Shown here piece by piece: positions 28,958-43,546 of a stretch of 64,000 bases of DNA. Every line of letters begins with the position of its first letter. Positions within the stretch are counted from its first letter, which is position 1. This DNA is from Eledone cirrhosa. Lineage: Eukaryota. The translations under genes were made by a program, and so were the position numbers. Location: NCBI GenBank assembly GCA_964016885.1, contig OZ024742.1, forward strand, positions 138,694,001-138,758,000, read 5' to 3'. The notes below the pieces were generated by a model. The model had not been told where the DNA came from. It made no database searches and worked only from the letters and a program-made list of their open reading frames with translations.

Positions 28958-28996
28958 ATATGTATATATATATGTATATATATATATATATATATG

Positions 28997-29104
<108 letters not shown>

Positions 29105-29414
29105 GAAAACAATGAAACGGAATTTCATTTCTCACTGATACCTAAATATAAGTATGTATACGGCTGATACTTAAGTATAAGTATGTATCATCATCATCAT
29201 TATTCGACTACTGTCGAGATGATGGATCTCACTCTCATGCCCCAGAACTCCCTGTCCCCCATATAGTGCGGTTCCCTGAGGAACAGGAACCCTGGTGCAG
29301 TCAGTTGCGAAATCCATCATCTTTTATATATGTGTACAGACGCACAGTAGTATATATATATAAATATACATACATGCACACTTCGTCGCCCTTTTGTTCA
29401 ACACTGACACAGGA

Positions 29415-29457
29415 ACGATGTACTAGTTTCAAGCTTATTAGCTATCGTCAGCATCGT
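29415..29457 (-). ncRNA. Minimal hammerhead ribozyme fold
   Basis: acgatg CTGACGA t agct aata agct t GAAA ctag TA catcgt; 6-bp stem I, palindromic stem III. A mutated inverted copy lies at 29826-29866 (+). Confidence 0.78.
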
Positions 29458-30043
29458 ATACCTTTCTGTCAGATGATTGATCGTCTGAAAATATATGCTT
29501 TCCTTATGCATATTAACGGCTGAGCATTATAATAAATGTTCGGTAAACCTATACGTACATATATATATATGTATGCATGTATGTATATATATACATACTA
29601 CGGTACGTCTGTGCACATATATGTATGTACGTATACATACTTATATTTAGGTATCAGCCGTACTAAGAGTGAGAAATGATATTTCGTTTCATTCTTTTCC
29701 ATTTATCGTTTTCGGTCCGCCCGGCCGACTAACTCACTCGATATGCAAATTAGGTTGCTCAGCCGTTAATATGCATAAGGAAAGTATATACTTTCAAACG
29801 TTCAATCATCTGACAGAAAGGTATATAATGCTGACGATAGCTAATAAGCTTGAAACTAATACATCGTTCCTGTGTCAGTGTTGAACAAAAGGGCGACGAT
29901 GGTTGCCGAGCACTGTACGGCGTAATTCGGGCTGTTTGTTTACAAACAAACCGAACATTATGATAAATGTTCGGTAAACCCATACGTACATATGTATATA
30001 TGTGTGCATGTATGTATATATATACATATTACTGCGCGTCTGT

Positions 30044-30182
<139 letters not shown>

Positions 30183-30282
30183 TAAGTATGTATACGTACA
30201 TACATATGTGTATATGTGTATATATATATATATGTGAATGTATATGTATATGCATAGGTGTGTGTGTATACGTGTGTATATA

Positions 30283-30383
<101 letters not shown>

Positions 30384-30568
30384 TTATATATATATATATG
30401 TGTGTGGTGTCTGTGTGTATGCGTGTGTATTTGTGTATACATATATGGGTATAAGTGTGTGGTTTTTTGCGCGTGTATGGGAATAAAACATTTTTGTATA
30501 TATATGTATGCGTGTATATGTGTATATGTTTGTATATGTGTATATGTGTATATGTGTGTATATGTGTA

Positions 30569-30625
<57 letters not shown>

Positions 30626-30628
<3 letters not shown>

Positions 30629-31300
30629 GTTTCTGAATTTGTTTAGCAAGATTCTTTATCTGAAAACGTGTGTTGAAACCGATATTGTTATACTTTGGGA
30701 GGGTCATGTTGCCCTTTTCAAAGACCTCCCTGTATAAGAAATGTATAATCTGTAAATTAAGTCCCCATATTAACTGTAAAACTAGAAATGTAGTATATAG
30801 CATAAGATGTACTGAAGGACAATGTAGAGATAAGAATATATTGTACATAGGTGAGACAGCTCGTAGTATAGGGGAACGGATAAATGAACACTGGCAAGAC
30901 CTTCAAGATAGTAAAGAATCACCTGTACTCTACCAACATGCTAAAATAGAACATAAGGGTAAATTAGAGAACATAGAAATTAAAATAGAATCTACACACA
31001 GTAAAGACGCAACGTTTAGACAAATCACAGAGGCAATAAACATAAATGAACTCCAACCAAAATTAAATAGAAAACATGAATGGAACAGCAACATCACAAC
31101 TTACAATTAAAGACAAAATGAAAACACACACGCACATAGAACAAACAACCAACCAGTAACATGTAAATAACAAATAAATAAACAAATATAAACACACACA
31201 GGCACCTGGATGCAACACATGCGCAAACTAAGCACACAACACACACAAAAACAAGATGGCGTAGGACAGAACAAAGGAGAGGTACAAAAACAAAGAAAAG
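30626..31300 (+). mobile_element. Copy of the third PLE lineage: GIY-YIG domain preceded by a short inverted pLTR end
   Basis: ORF 30670-31110 is nearly identical to 9536-9985; 30626-30713 matches 9045-9135 but is inverted relative to the ORF. Confidence 0.85.
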
Positions 31301-31604
31301 AATGTGAATGTGCTTGTAGACACCTGAAATATAGCTTAAGAGAAACTTAACAATAAGGAGAGGCACCCCAAATTTGAACTTGTTTATAGAATTCTTTCTG
31401 CCTGTGTCACTCTAAGTAGAGCTTTAAAGAATTAGCTTTGAAAGAATTCCCCTTTCTTTAACCATGACTGACCTCCAGCCATCTTATAGACACTTGAAAT
31501 ATAGGCATTGTTTGCTTACGAGAAACTCTAAAATATGGAGTTGCATTCCAATTTGAACTTGTTTATAGAATTCTTTCTGCCTTTGTCACTCTAAATATAA
31601 ATTA

Positions 31605-32225
31605 CTAGCTGTGGTACCCGGCGTTGCACGGGATAAGGTATTTTGGAACGCCAACAGACCTAATCGTGATAAAACTGCATGTCTGGACAATATGTAAAGA
31701 AAATAAACCGAATACTCTGATGGCTGGATAATCTAAGATTTTCCTCGATGAAGCAGGAAAAAGACAGGTTTTCACCTAATGCGGGCTCTCTGGGATCAAG
31801 AAAATGAATTTTTTTTATGTGCGTAATATGTCTTGAAATTTCGGGAAAATCGGCTAGATGTAACGCCTCAAAAATGCCCTAAAAAGATGAAAAAAATGAA
31901 GCTTTTCACCTAATGCGGGCCCTAGGCCATAAAAAAGTTGGATTTCTTTGCTCACCGTATGAAGAAGAGACTGTCTAATACATAGTTACAATTTCAAGGA
32001 AATCGGTCTGACGTAACGCCTCAAAAAAAACTCTAAAAACGGGATCAAAAAGTTGAATTTTTTGTGTGCATAACACTCCGTGAAATATAAGTAATACGCA
32101 TGTAAAGTTTGAAAAAGATCGGTTGGGTACTTCTCGGGTTTCACATACACACACACATTCACACAAACACACATACACACATACACACATACATACATAC
32201 ATACATACATACATACATACATACA

Positions 32226-32259
<34 letters not shown>

Positions 32260-32752
32260 CATATATACATCCTTCCTCAGTTTTATATATATACATATAT
32301 AGATTGAAATAACAGATTAAAGTTTAAGCAAAGAATCGTTGCTTTCACACTTAACGGGATCTTCTGAAACTAAAAACATCAATCTGTGAACGCAGAAGTA
32401 AATATTTCGAAAAACGTTGCAACCGAAGGAAAACAGGAAGATGATACATTGGTTCGTGAAGACGTTCCCTGGCAATGAACGGATAATAATGAACACAATA
32501 CGTCATCAATGTTTGTCAGAATGTCGTAATGCAGACATCCAGGCATACAGACAGATATTATAAGAGCGCGAAGGAGATGGATAACCGGCGCCTAACACCC
32601 CTTAAAATTGAAAAATAAAATCTGCAGTTAATATCTTTAGACCGCAAGGAATATATAAATGCAAGTTTGAAATCAATCGGAGTAGAAATGTGGATTTGTA
32701 TAGACTTTGCAAAAATGAGGGGACACACAGACATCAGTTTTATATATATAGA
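31605..32752 (-). mobile_element. Composite non-autonomous Helitron
   Basis: 5' TC at 32752, internal second TC start at 32303, 3' hairpin cccgtgcaacgccggg + CTAG at 31605; inserted between A and T with no TSD (empty site visible at about 18830-18860). Confidence 0.85.
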
Positions 32753-32876
32753 TAGCTTTACAGAATTAGCTTTTAAAGAATTCCGTTTTCTTTCAACCAA
32801 TGACCTCCACCCATCCCACTCCCCAAACTCTTCTACCACCAGAAAAGATACAAATACCATATTTACTTAGACAGTC

Positions 32877-32927
32877 AGCTTCCTGATGATTTCTCACGAA
32901 TGAAACAGTTCTAGTCCTGTAGAAGCT
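32877..32927 (+). ncRNA. Hammerhead ribozyme fold (type I)
   Basis: Identical to the 18661-18711 motif in the opposite orientation; predicted cleavage after 32921. Confidence 0.75.
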
Positions 32928-33008
32928 CTTCTATATTAAAACTTTAATAATTTGCTATGTATTGAGTACCTTACTTACTGTGGTTACCTCAGATTCAACC
33001 CGGAATTA

Positions 33009-33163
<155 letters not shown>

Positions 33164-33565
33164 TGTACGAGCACACATGATATCTTATTATGGTTGACAG
33201 AAAAATCAACAAGGCACATCTTGAGAATATCTTTTCCTGAGCTACCACCACAGCGAAGTTATGCGGTTCTTCTCAAACTTCTAGAAACACCAGTCGCACT
33301 CTCTTAAAAAAAGAAACCAATTGGTCATGTTGTTGCAGGGAGATGGAGTTGAAACAGAATGGTCGCGACTGGAAAGTGATTGATCATATTTGGTTAGGGT
33401 TAATCTTGCGGGCTATGTATTATCACAATTTATCTCCATCAGCAGCAGAACAACCACCACGAACCGTTGCCAATGCCGCCGCCACCACCAGAAAACAATA
33501 ATTTGAAATGACATAAAGTGGATGAAGTAATTAATTTTGTATATTACTATGCTGGTTTTACATAC

Positions 33566-33690
33566 CTGTGCTCGTCCATTTCCTGACCAAATAAGATATT
33601 TTCTTTCAGAGTTCCATTAAAGATCCAAGCTTGCTGAGGAGTATATGCTACAGTGCCATCCACGGCAATAGTTCCCTTCATTTTATCAAT
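33566..33690 (-). CDS. ABCC transporter exon F (Q-loop)
   Basis: ttgtag / gtatgt; [41 protein letters not shown](R). Confidence 0.95.
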
Positions 33691-36180
33691 CTACAAGAGA
33701 CAGAATGTTTTAAATGTCTACACATTTCATAATGTTGTTGTTGCTGTTGTTTAGTGCAAGATCAGCCCTGAATGAGCAGACCTATGATCAAAGACGTTCC
33801 AGCCATGATCATCTCATCTTTATTTCAGCATGGTGTTTTACGGACTACATTATTGCGCTGCACTCTTCGTTTTTCTATAACTGTAAGGTATAGTTTGACG
33901 GAGAATTGGTTGCTATTGGCTAAGCAACCATGCAAAGGTCTTTTCTATATAGTAGACGATGTTAAGTTAAACAATCCAGAAGCTAATGAGCAATAAGATT
34001 GTTGACACCCGTACTAACCAGATTCAGTACTAATAAATAGTATTCGTAGATATGTGGCTTCGTAGTCATATTGATATACAGTGTCACCGAATGTCTCCAG
34101 CTAATTATTTTCTTTTAACAATATTAGTGTACAGTCTGTTTAATCCACAATATGAAACACTTTGATTTCATCCAATTACTCTCCACAAACATGACTATTG
34201 TTGTTGAAATTCCGTTGCTTCCAATGATTATTGTTCCAGCTTATCAAACAACGGAAGTGTCAGCTCATGAAATTAACGTGCAAGAAGATAAACGTTCCAC
34301 ACACACGTGTACGCTTAACGAAATTCTCAGAGTTATCGAAAGTGATACAGTGTGTGACAAAGTTAGCTCTTTCTATTACAGGTATAACTCATTTTTTCCC
34401 AGTCGAGAGGACTGGAATAACACGAAATAAATTGTCTTGCTCAACGATAAAATGCGTTGCCAGCATTGGAAATTACACCCACACGGTTGTGAGCCGAACA
34501 CCTTGAAATCTAATCCACATGCCTTGACAACATGGCTCCATACTTTGATTGAGCAACAGAATAAAATATTGTTATTTTTTATGGTTTAGCTTTTTGTTAT
34601 TTTTTATGGTTTTATGGTTTAGAGGAGGAATTATAGAGCCTATAACTTTTTCAGTGTCTCAATGACTGGTGAAATGAAGTTATTCACAGACCGAATATTT
34701 GACCTGAACTCTTGCAGCAATGTGGGCATGGCTAACATCTATCAGGGGCAAATAGTGTTATATATGGTAGATGGCGTATTGGCAGAGTCGTTTGAACGTC
34801 TGACATCATGCTTTGTGTTATTCGTTCCGGCTGTCTGTGATCTGAGTCCAAATCCCACCAAGGTCAACTTTGCCTTTCATCTCTCCGTAGTCGATAAAAA
34901 AAGCACCTGTCTAGTACTGGGATCGATTGTCCCCCGATATCTCTTTCACATTTCGTCCCTCTATCTGTCTGTCTTTCTCTGGAAGAAATTGTCAGTGTTC
35001 AGACATGGAGAGTGATGGGCTCTCTCAGGTTTTAAAATACTCGAAATATGTAATGTGTCATTACGACGTTCCTATGACTCCATTACGAGTTACGGCTCCA
35101 TACAATAAGAATATTGGCAATACTATATACACATATACAGGAAACAATAACTGATAACAATCAGAAAATCGAACTGATCGAAACAGTCTAGATATAATTA
35201 TTGTGAAAGTTAGTTTAATTACCTGCTACAATCTGTAATAATGAGAATCTTTATAGCAACAACACTATATATCCCGGATATTTAGACACTGAATCAAAAT
35301 TTCAGACCTATCTTTAATCAACTACAATGTTCCATAAAGCTTCTGGAGCATTCAATAGACGGACACCAACTATTTTTACTAGATTTCCATCTTACATAAA
35401 ACAATCATGTATTCATGAACAATAGCTACATTAGACATGTGAATACGAGGAAGAAGTATAATGTATTAATCAATGATTATTGTTTTTCTTAAGAGAGCAA
35501 GTGACACATTGATTCAGATTGTAATGGTTGAGGACAATAAATTAATATGTACAGTGTTAACACAGCATAGCTAAGTGGTTAAGAGGTCCGCTTCGTAACC
35601 ATTGGATTGCGGGTTCGTTTCCACACCAAGTCTCATTTTCCATAGCCTCGAGTCGACCCATGCCTTGTAAATGAATTTGGGTTGACGTAAACTGTTTGAA
35701 AGCCTTCGGATGGACTCTACATGCAATTCAAAAGGTCAGCCTCGTCACACAGCACAGTATCATGCTGAACCTCCTTGAAAATTATATTAGCGATATGGGA
35801 TGTTCAGCTGTGGAATGCTCAGCTATTTAAACGTTAATTTTATGAGCATGTTGTGTAGAAAAGTGGATCATTCATCGCTGGTTTCAAAGTGCATTCTTAA
35901 GTAACATACAATTGTTCTTCTTGTTTAGCTACACATCATAATCTCAACAGCATAGAAAGGAACACAAGATGCTGACTACTAAGATACAATACCCTCCTGG
36001 AAATAAGATGATATCACGTAACAACTGTAAACTGTTTTCTCTGGTGTTAAGGACGAGGAAATACAGAAGATGAACTCTGCCTACTCGAATATAAACCAGG
36101 ATAATATAAATGTAAACATATGAATATAGTATTTATTTCTTGTATCTTTTATTATTATAAACATAATAATGGTTACTCAC

Positions 36181-36252
36181 TCTTCCAAGAATGGCCGAAA
36201 GAAGGGAACTTTTGCCACTGCCAACAGGTCCACAGACTCCAATTATTTTCCC
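36181..36252 (-). CDS. ABCC transporter exon E (Walker A of NBD1)
   Basis: attcag / gtgagt; GKIIGVCGPVGSGKSSLLSAILGR, 72 bp. Confidence 0.95.
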
Positions 36253-36560
36253 CTGAATCAAACATAAAAGAGAATACATTGGTTTCTGAGCACTTCAGAA
36301 AAAGGAATTGTTTAATTGTATCACTGTATCAGACAATTTATTCAAGGGTTTAGTCAAATATATTGACAACTTATTAATTACTTAACTGAACGAACACAGT
36401 GAAGTTGACAGCCGTGATATTTTAAAGTTAGATCATAAAGAATATCATAAAACACTTTTCCGATTCTATCATCCATCGCCAATACAAATATGAACAGATA
36501 TGTGTATATATGAATATGTATTGAGGTGAAAGAATTTCTTGTTCACAGTCTTTAACTGTA

Positions 36561-37107
36561 CTAGCAGAAAAAAACACCCTTCGAGTGGTTTTCTGCTAGC
36601 ATGTGTAGTGTGTATATTGATATTATACGCAAGTATATATACATGTAGATATGATACATCAAATAAAATCGTAATTGACAATATATAATACATAGAAATT
36701 GAACGAAGACTACGTTACACTGTCATATGTAATCAGTAACATAATCCATGATACATTAAAAAAAGACGATATTATATGTAAACTGCATTAGGAGAAAATT
36801 AGTATGTCTATTTAAGCGATCGCTAACCAGAAGTGTTGACATTTCAGAAATGTTAAAGAAGTGAATCTTTAAATAAACAAAATATATTTAATGAACAGCC
36901 ACGAAATTTAGTAGATAAATTATGTAATATTCATTCATTATCTATTCAATGTAAAATAAAGTACCAGTAATACACTGGGTAATTGCTGGCCTTGTGCCAA
37001 AAGTAGAAACAATTATCTATTCAATGTAATCCAACTTATTTTACTAATGGGATAAACAATTATAAACCGTACGCAGCCCCGCGCTCCTCTCTTTATTATA
37101 GTTTAGA
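36561..37107 (-). mobile_element. Second copy of the 54269-54746 Helitron-like element, carrying a truncated SINE with TSD
   Basis: Reverse-complement homology and the same termini; SINE piece at about 36953-37012 flanked by an attatctattcaatgtaa duplication. Confidence 0.72.
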
Positions 37108-37767
37108 TGAAAATAAACAAATGCAGCGTTTATAGTTGGAACATATTTAAACATATGTTCAAATGATCAGGACTAAATAACAACACTAAGAGCACTCATT
37201 GAATACATCTGCATGGTCATTGAATCTGATAGAAGCAGAAGATAAGCACCTTGCACTTAACAGTTAACAGTACAGATTTAGAACAATGGAGGACACACGA
37301 GATAATCAATTTATAGTTAAATGTATTTTGTATAAAATGTGGAATGGTAACGACTTAAACACGTTTCATTGGAAGAGTGCTTGGTGAGAGCTGCCTGGGT
37401 ACGAAAAAATAACAACTACAACAGCAGTTGCCGCAACAACAACAACAACAACCATGTTGATTTCATGTTGATTTCATGTTGATTTCTATCTCTGGCCCAA
37501 GTCCTCAAAATAATATAAGGAAAATACACATTACATACATATCAGCTACTAATGGCATTTGTGAGTATGTATAATCGATTACAAACGGTGAATTGGCAAA
37601 GTCGTTAGAACGTTCGTTAGAAGGCTTTGGAGTATTCGATCCGGCTCTGTTCGTCCTGAGTTGAAATCCCGTTATGGACAAATTTACCTTTCATCTTTTC
37701 GAAATCGATGAAAAAAGTACCTGTCTAGTATTGGGGTCAATTTTTAATCTGTATCTCTTTCTCCCCC

Positions 37768-37818
<51 letters not shown>

Positions 37819-38779
37819 CTCTTTCGTTTTCTCTGGAAGAAATCGGCTGTATTCAGAGCTAGAGAGGGAATGAGATTTTAAAATGCCCAAGAAAGACCGT
37901 ATTTCACTAGGGTACCTCTACGATTCCACAAAAAATTACGAGTCAAAAGAAGAAGATAGTTTATCATATCGACCCCATAAGTATGATAGAGAAATTTGAC
38001 CTCAGCGGGATTTGAACCTCGAAAGTAAAGCGAAGTAACCAAACATCAATTCTAGCATCTAACTCTTTATAAAAAGTAATAAGAAGAAAATGGATTTCCG
38101 TCGATTTCGGTAATGAGTGTTTCATTTCTTCGATCAACGTAACAACCCGCTCATGAAATTAACGTGTAAGTGTACTTTTAGAGTAATTCTCAAGAAATGA
38201 CAATTATAAATACAGTCCGTCCGACGAACTTCCAAACAGTTTCTGTCTACCCAATTTCATTCACAATGCATGAGTCGACCCGAAGCAATGGTAAATGACA
38301 CTTCCCATCAAGATGTTACGGAGTCAGATCAAAATCGGTGCTTAATGGTTGCGAAACAAATTTCTTATCCATTAGGCTATGCCGCATTCACTGTTAATAA
38401 TAAATGAAATTATGGTTTCTGATTTAGGCACAAGGCCAAATATATTTTGGGAAAGTGGAGGTCGGTTAAATCGACCCAGTGCATTACTGGTAATTTATTT
38501 TATCGACTCCGAAAGAATGAAAGGCCAAGCTAACCTCGGCGGAATTTGAACTCAGAACTAAAGGGCCGTAACTTTATGCCGTAAAGCATGTTATCCGAGG
38601 TTCTGCTAATGCTGCCAAACCACCGCCCTATTTTAATAGATGAAATAATTATTTCTACTTTTGTCACAAGGTCAGCAATTAACCAGTCCATTTAGTGGTA
38701 CTTTATTTTATCGATCCCGTAAGGATGAAAGGCAAAGTTAACCTTAATAAATGAAATAATACAGGCAAATATGACTTAC

Positions 38780-38886
38780 TTTGTTTACGTTGAATGTTAT
38801 ATCATTAAGAGTATATTGATTAGCTGATGCCGTGTTTCCAGATTCATTAGCAGACACAATCTGAAATGCAGCTTTCAGATTACAAC
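38780..38886 (-). CDS. ABCC transporter exon D
   Basis: ttctag / gtaagt; (G)CNLKAAFQIVSANESGNTASANQYTLNDITFNVNK; the TL.DI.F.V.K motif precedes Walker A; phase 1 to 0 fits both neighbours. Confidence 0.8.
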
Positions 38887-39189
38887 CTAGAATTCAAATT
38901 GGAATATATTAGTTTTTTATTTAATCACGCCATCACATATTTATTTAAGTGAATAACGGCTTCTTATTTCGCCACAATGCCAGCAATTTGACGGACAGAG
39001 CAGTTGATCATATCGACTGCAATATTTGACAGGTATTTCATTTTATCGATCTCTGAAGGATGAAAGGCAAAGTTGTCATCAGCGAGATTTGAACTCAGAA
39101 TGAAAAGCTCTGGAATATATACTGCTAAACATTGTTTCGATGCTCTAACAACTATACTAATCCGCTCTCTGCCATCATAGACGAACATA

Positions 39190-39370
39190 ATTGTTTCTAC
39201 TTTTGGTACAAGGCCAGCAATTATCCCAGTGCATTACTGGTACTTTATTGTATCAACCCCGTAAGGATGAAAGGCAAGATTAACCTCAGCAGGATTTGAA
39301 CTCAGGCCGTAAAGGAACGTAACTATGCTGGAAGGCATGGTGTCCGACCTTCTACTGATATTGCCAATCC
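39190..39370 (-). mobile_element. tRNA-derived SINE copy with TSD
   Basis: Same family; flanked by an agacgaacataat duplication. Confidence 0.85.
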
Positions 39371-40369
39371 AGACGAACATAATGAGACTGTATGGCATTC
39401 ATGACATTCATAAACGTATTAGCCGCGTTGTAAGTGAATTAGTTCCCAGCAAAAACCGAAATTCGTTCGTGAATTTCATTTGGGCGTTGACATGTCCGTA
39501 GAATTGAGAAGGTTGTTTTGGAAACAGAGCTTAGTGTTCAACTCTACCACACAGCACTTCGGATATGTACCTTTGTGTGATTGATATAGATTTTGTGGAA
39601 ATGATGTGGAAGCCAATCCGATTGACTGTACTTTTTCTATGGTGGTGACCGTAATGTATAAGCCAGTCTCGTACTACCACATTGTTCTTGTGTGGTTTTT
39701 GCGGGATTCCTAGTATTGCAGTTTAGACAGGAAAGGAAGGTTAAAAAACGTCAAATGTCTGCCCCGAGGCTCATCAGATTGGTGCTTATCCCGGTTTCCG
39801 TTGAATTAAGCGACTAAGAGTGCACGACACCCTCCAGGACAGGGCACCACTCCATCGCAGGGTTAAAACCAGCTATTACTGGTTCTCATTTTCAGGTGAC
39901 TATACTGAAGCAACGTGAAATGAAGTGCATTTCACAACAACACACAACCAAGACCAAGAATCGAACCCACAACGTTATGATCGTAGGTCTGACACACTTT
40001 GCTAATTGGGAGAGGAAATGGTGTATATATATTATCAAATGATTCTATGGACATACTTTACAGTATATTGCTCTGCTTATTTAATTTATTAATTCATCAT
40101 TGAGCCACATCGTGAATGGTTGCTAAAACATATATATCTGTGACTTTGTCTAGTTTGTGTATATGTAAATCTTTATATTTGATAATCTCCCATAAGGTTG
40201 AGATGCAATTTGGGCAATATTGGGCTGCGCTTTCTAGCAACCAGCGTACTCGCCGTAGGCACCAATCACATTCTTTCTGACTTGACCACTGCCACGTCAG
40301 AGTTCTTAGCCATTTTGAATTCGTTTCTGGCGGGGATCATTTAGGAAAATTCTTTGTCCAAGTGAGTTT

Positions 40370-40450
40370 GTTTCCTAACGAGTTCGAAGCTCGAGAATTT
40401 ATCCTTGATAGGATATTTCCGAAAGCGAACGAAACCCTAAGGGTAGAAAC
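40370..40450 (+). ncRNA. Degenerate hammerhead fold (G5 to A)
   Basis: gtttc CTAACGA gttcg...cgaac GAAA ccc taa ggg TA gaaac; all three stems pair but core G5 is mutated. Confidence 0.55.
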
Positions 40451-40741
40451 GTAATCCTGGTATGTATATATGCATTTTATCTTCTAACTTTAATTTTATA
40501 CCTAATTGTGTATGGTTGACGGTATATTTAATCGATTTCCAAGTGCTATTGAAATGTTTGGTAAATATTCTATAGCGGTTGACCGCGAATAGATGGCTGT
40601 CGTTTATTTATCCATTATTTCTTCATAGGTGCCTTTTAATCTTATAGCCTGGTTTAATTGTTTTTTTGTGTGGTTGATTATGGTAATTGGGAGAGGAAAT
40701 GGTGTATATATATTATCAAATGATTCTATGGACATACTTTA

Positions 40742-40851
<110 letters not shown>

Positions 40852-41122
40852 GAATGTCCAACAGCCAAGCTTTACATTCTAGTTTCTTTAAGTAGGGCGT
40901 TATGTGTTGCATAATGACCTTGCTACAGTTAACTAACAGAATCTATCTATCCATACCGCTATCTATAAAACTAGATAGGAATTGTTAACGAAATTTATAT
41001 TGCTTCATGATCTTACTATTCTTAGCTAGTAACATCTATCTATCCATACATCTTCATATCTAGCCAGCTTGCAATCGTTAACAAAATTTAGATTTTAGAT
41101 GTTAATAAATACATTTAGTTAC

Positions 41123-41315
41123 CATTTTCAAGTTCAGGTTCAACTTTCTTGTTTTTCTTCTTTTTCTCATTCTTTTTCTCCTTCTTTTTTTCCTCTTCTT
41201 TTGTTAAGTCCTCAGATTCTCCCCAGTCAAAAGAACACTTTTTTAATTCGATGGCGTTCTCTGGCGAAGAAGTTGTACAGAAATCCGGCGAGAACTCATC
41301 CATTAGCAAAATTTG
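41123..41315 (-). CDS. ABCC transporter exon C (start of NBD1 plus Lys/Glu-rich insertion)
   Basis: Poly-T...gtaaag acceptor, gtaact donor; [12 protein letters not shown]...[12 protein letters not shown]...[21 protein letters not shown]; phase 0 to 1. Confidence 0.85.
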
Positions 41316-41357
41316 CTTTACGAAAAAAAAAACAAAGGTGTATATTTATATACATAC

Positions 41358-41455
<98 letters not shown>

Positions 41456-42444
41456 TAAAATTTATCTTCAACATAGCTGTATGTGAATTTCGTATATATA
41501 AAGATATATGGTCTGTTTAATAAATAAATATTTTGAAAGCCCAGCTATGAATATTGAAAAGCTGATTGCCTGTGCCGTATAGCGGGTTCCATCAGAAGCA
41601 GCAAGAGACAACTGTCTTTGCACATTTCAAGCTAATAGCTCTCATCGGGACTGTGCTTCTCTGCTGCTTTCTGCTGGAACCTGAAGGGTTGTACCTGTAA
41701 TTCAAAGGACCAGTCTTGTCACAACTGTATCATAGTGAATTTCCACGAGAATCACGATAAGTGCATACATGTCTGAGGAATGTTCAAACACTTGCAGATT
41801 AATTTCATGAGAAGACGGTTCCGTTGATCGCATTAACTGTAACACTCGTCATCAGAATCAAGGGATATCCAATACACAGACATAATCAAACACTCGTCAT
41901 CAGAATCAAGGGATATCCAATACACAGACATAATCAAACATGTATACACGCAACTTCGTTTAACTCCTTTTCAAGTAGTCCTTCTGGGACACGTGAAAGA
42001 AATACCAGTTAAAAATTTTACAGGGGAAAACTTTCATTGAATTCCTTCATATTTTTGAAGATCTTTAAATGATATTGAAAAACATTGATGATAAAATAGA
42101 TTGATGATGCAACAATCTAAAGATGAATGTTTCGGGGATCAGACATTTTCTTCCATTCATATTCGCTCTTTATTTACTGTGGTCATTCTGCGCTCCACCT
42201 TAAAGGAGGATAGTTGATCATATGATCCCTCATAGCCGTGCTTTATTTGGAACATATATTTTCGATTTCTTTCTGTCGAAACGCTAACTTACTAGAGAAA
42301 ACAAACACAAACCTAAAAACAGACAAGCACATACGCACACAGACCCCCCCCCCCCACACACACACACAAACGTGAGTGTGTGTGTGTGTGTGTGTGTACA
42401 TATATTTACAAATAAACATCCAAATAGACACACGTACATGTATG

Positions 42445-42518
<74 letters not shown>

Positions 42519-42581
42519 TATATACATACATACATGTACGTGTGTCTATTTGAATGTTTATTTGTATATATATATATATAT

Positions 42582-43075
42582 CGTTTCTGAATTTGTTTAG
42601 CAAGATTCTTTATCTGAAAACGTGTGTTGAAACCGATATTGTTATACTTTGGGAGGGTCATGTTGCCAACAAGAAACACACGCACCCTCGCTTTCTCTCC
42701 AATTTATTATAAATTAAATTATAAATTTAAAATACTTTATAAATTTCCGGTTGGTTGGTTGGTTCCACAACCGGACGGTTGTTCATATATTGTCAAAGTT
42801 CTTTCGTCACGCATTCTGTGACCTCATCAGTGACAGGGGATTCTTTTCTTTGTTTTATGCCTCTCCTTTGTTCTGTCCTACGCCATCTTGTTTTTGTGTG
42901 TATTGTGTGCTTAGTTTGCGCAGGTGTTACACCCGGGTGTCCGTGTGTGTTTTTATTTGTTTATTTATTTGTTTATTTACATGTTACTAGTTGGTTGTTT
43001 GTTCTATGTGTGTGTATTTTCATGTTGTCCTTAATTGTAAGTTATTGCGTCTTTTGTGTGTGTAGATTCTATTTT
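42582..43075 (-). mobile_element. Solo pLTR/3' UTR of the third PLE lineage
   Basis: Near-identical to 9045-9550; no ORF; contains a hammerhead. Confidence 0.8.
42791..42835 (-). ncRNA. Hammerhead ribozyme fold (minimal type I)
   Basis: tgtca CTGATGA g gtcac agaatgc gtgac GAAA g aa c TT tgaca; 5-bp stems I and II. Confidence 0.68.
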
Positions 43076-43266
43076 TTTTTATTTTTATATATATATATAT
43101 ATCACATAAGAAACGGAGAATCAGTGGTACGACGAAGAGAATTTATTAGACATATTACAATCGTTTCTTTGGCGACCAGCTCGAGGTACGATCGATGCAA
43201 TGATCAAACCTGACTCTGAAATCGCAAGATCCACAGATATGTATCAATTCTACGAAGCAGAGTGTC

Positions 43267-43369
<103 letters not shown>

Positions 43370-43500
43370 GTAATCTGAGTTTTACGAATATTAATAATAA
43401 CATTCGATTCGTTTGCAATTATACAAACAAGCTTCAATTTTATAGCCATGTCAGTATAAGGAACCCTTCATTCTTGCTCTTGTGTTGGTATGTGAACAGA

Positions 43501-43546
43501 ACTGCAGACATTAATGTTTCTGAGTATCACCCTTCATCAGTACAGC
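43501..43546 (-). ncRNA. Hammerhead ribozyme fold (type I)
   Basis: gctgta CTGATGA a gggt gat actc a GAAA cattaatg TC tgcagt; palindromic stem III, GUC site. Confidence 0.72.

Noticed and set aside
38850-38856. Alternative tttcag acceptor inside ABCC exon D
   Set aside because: Out of phase with the phase-1 end of exon C; the upstream tag acceptor keeps the frame.
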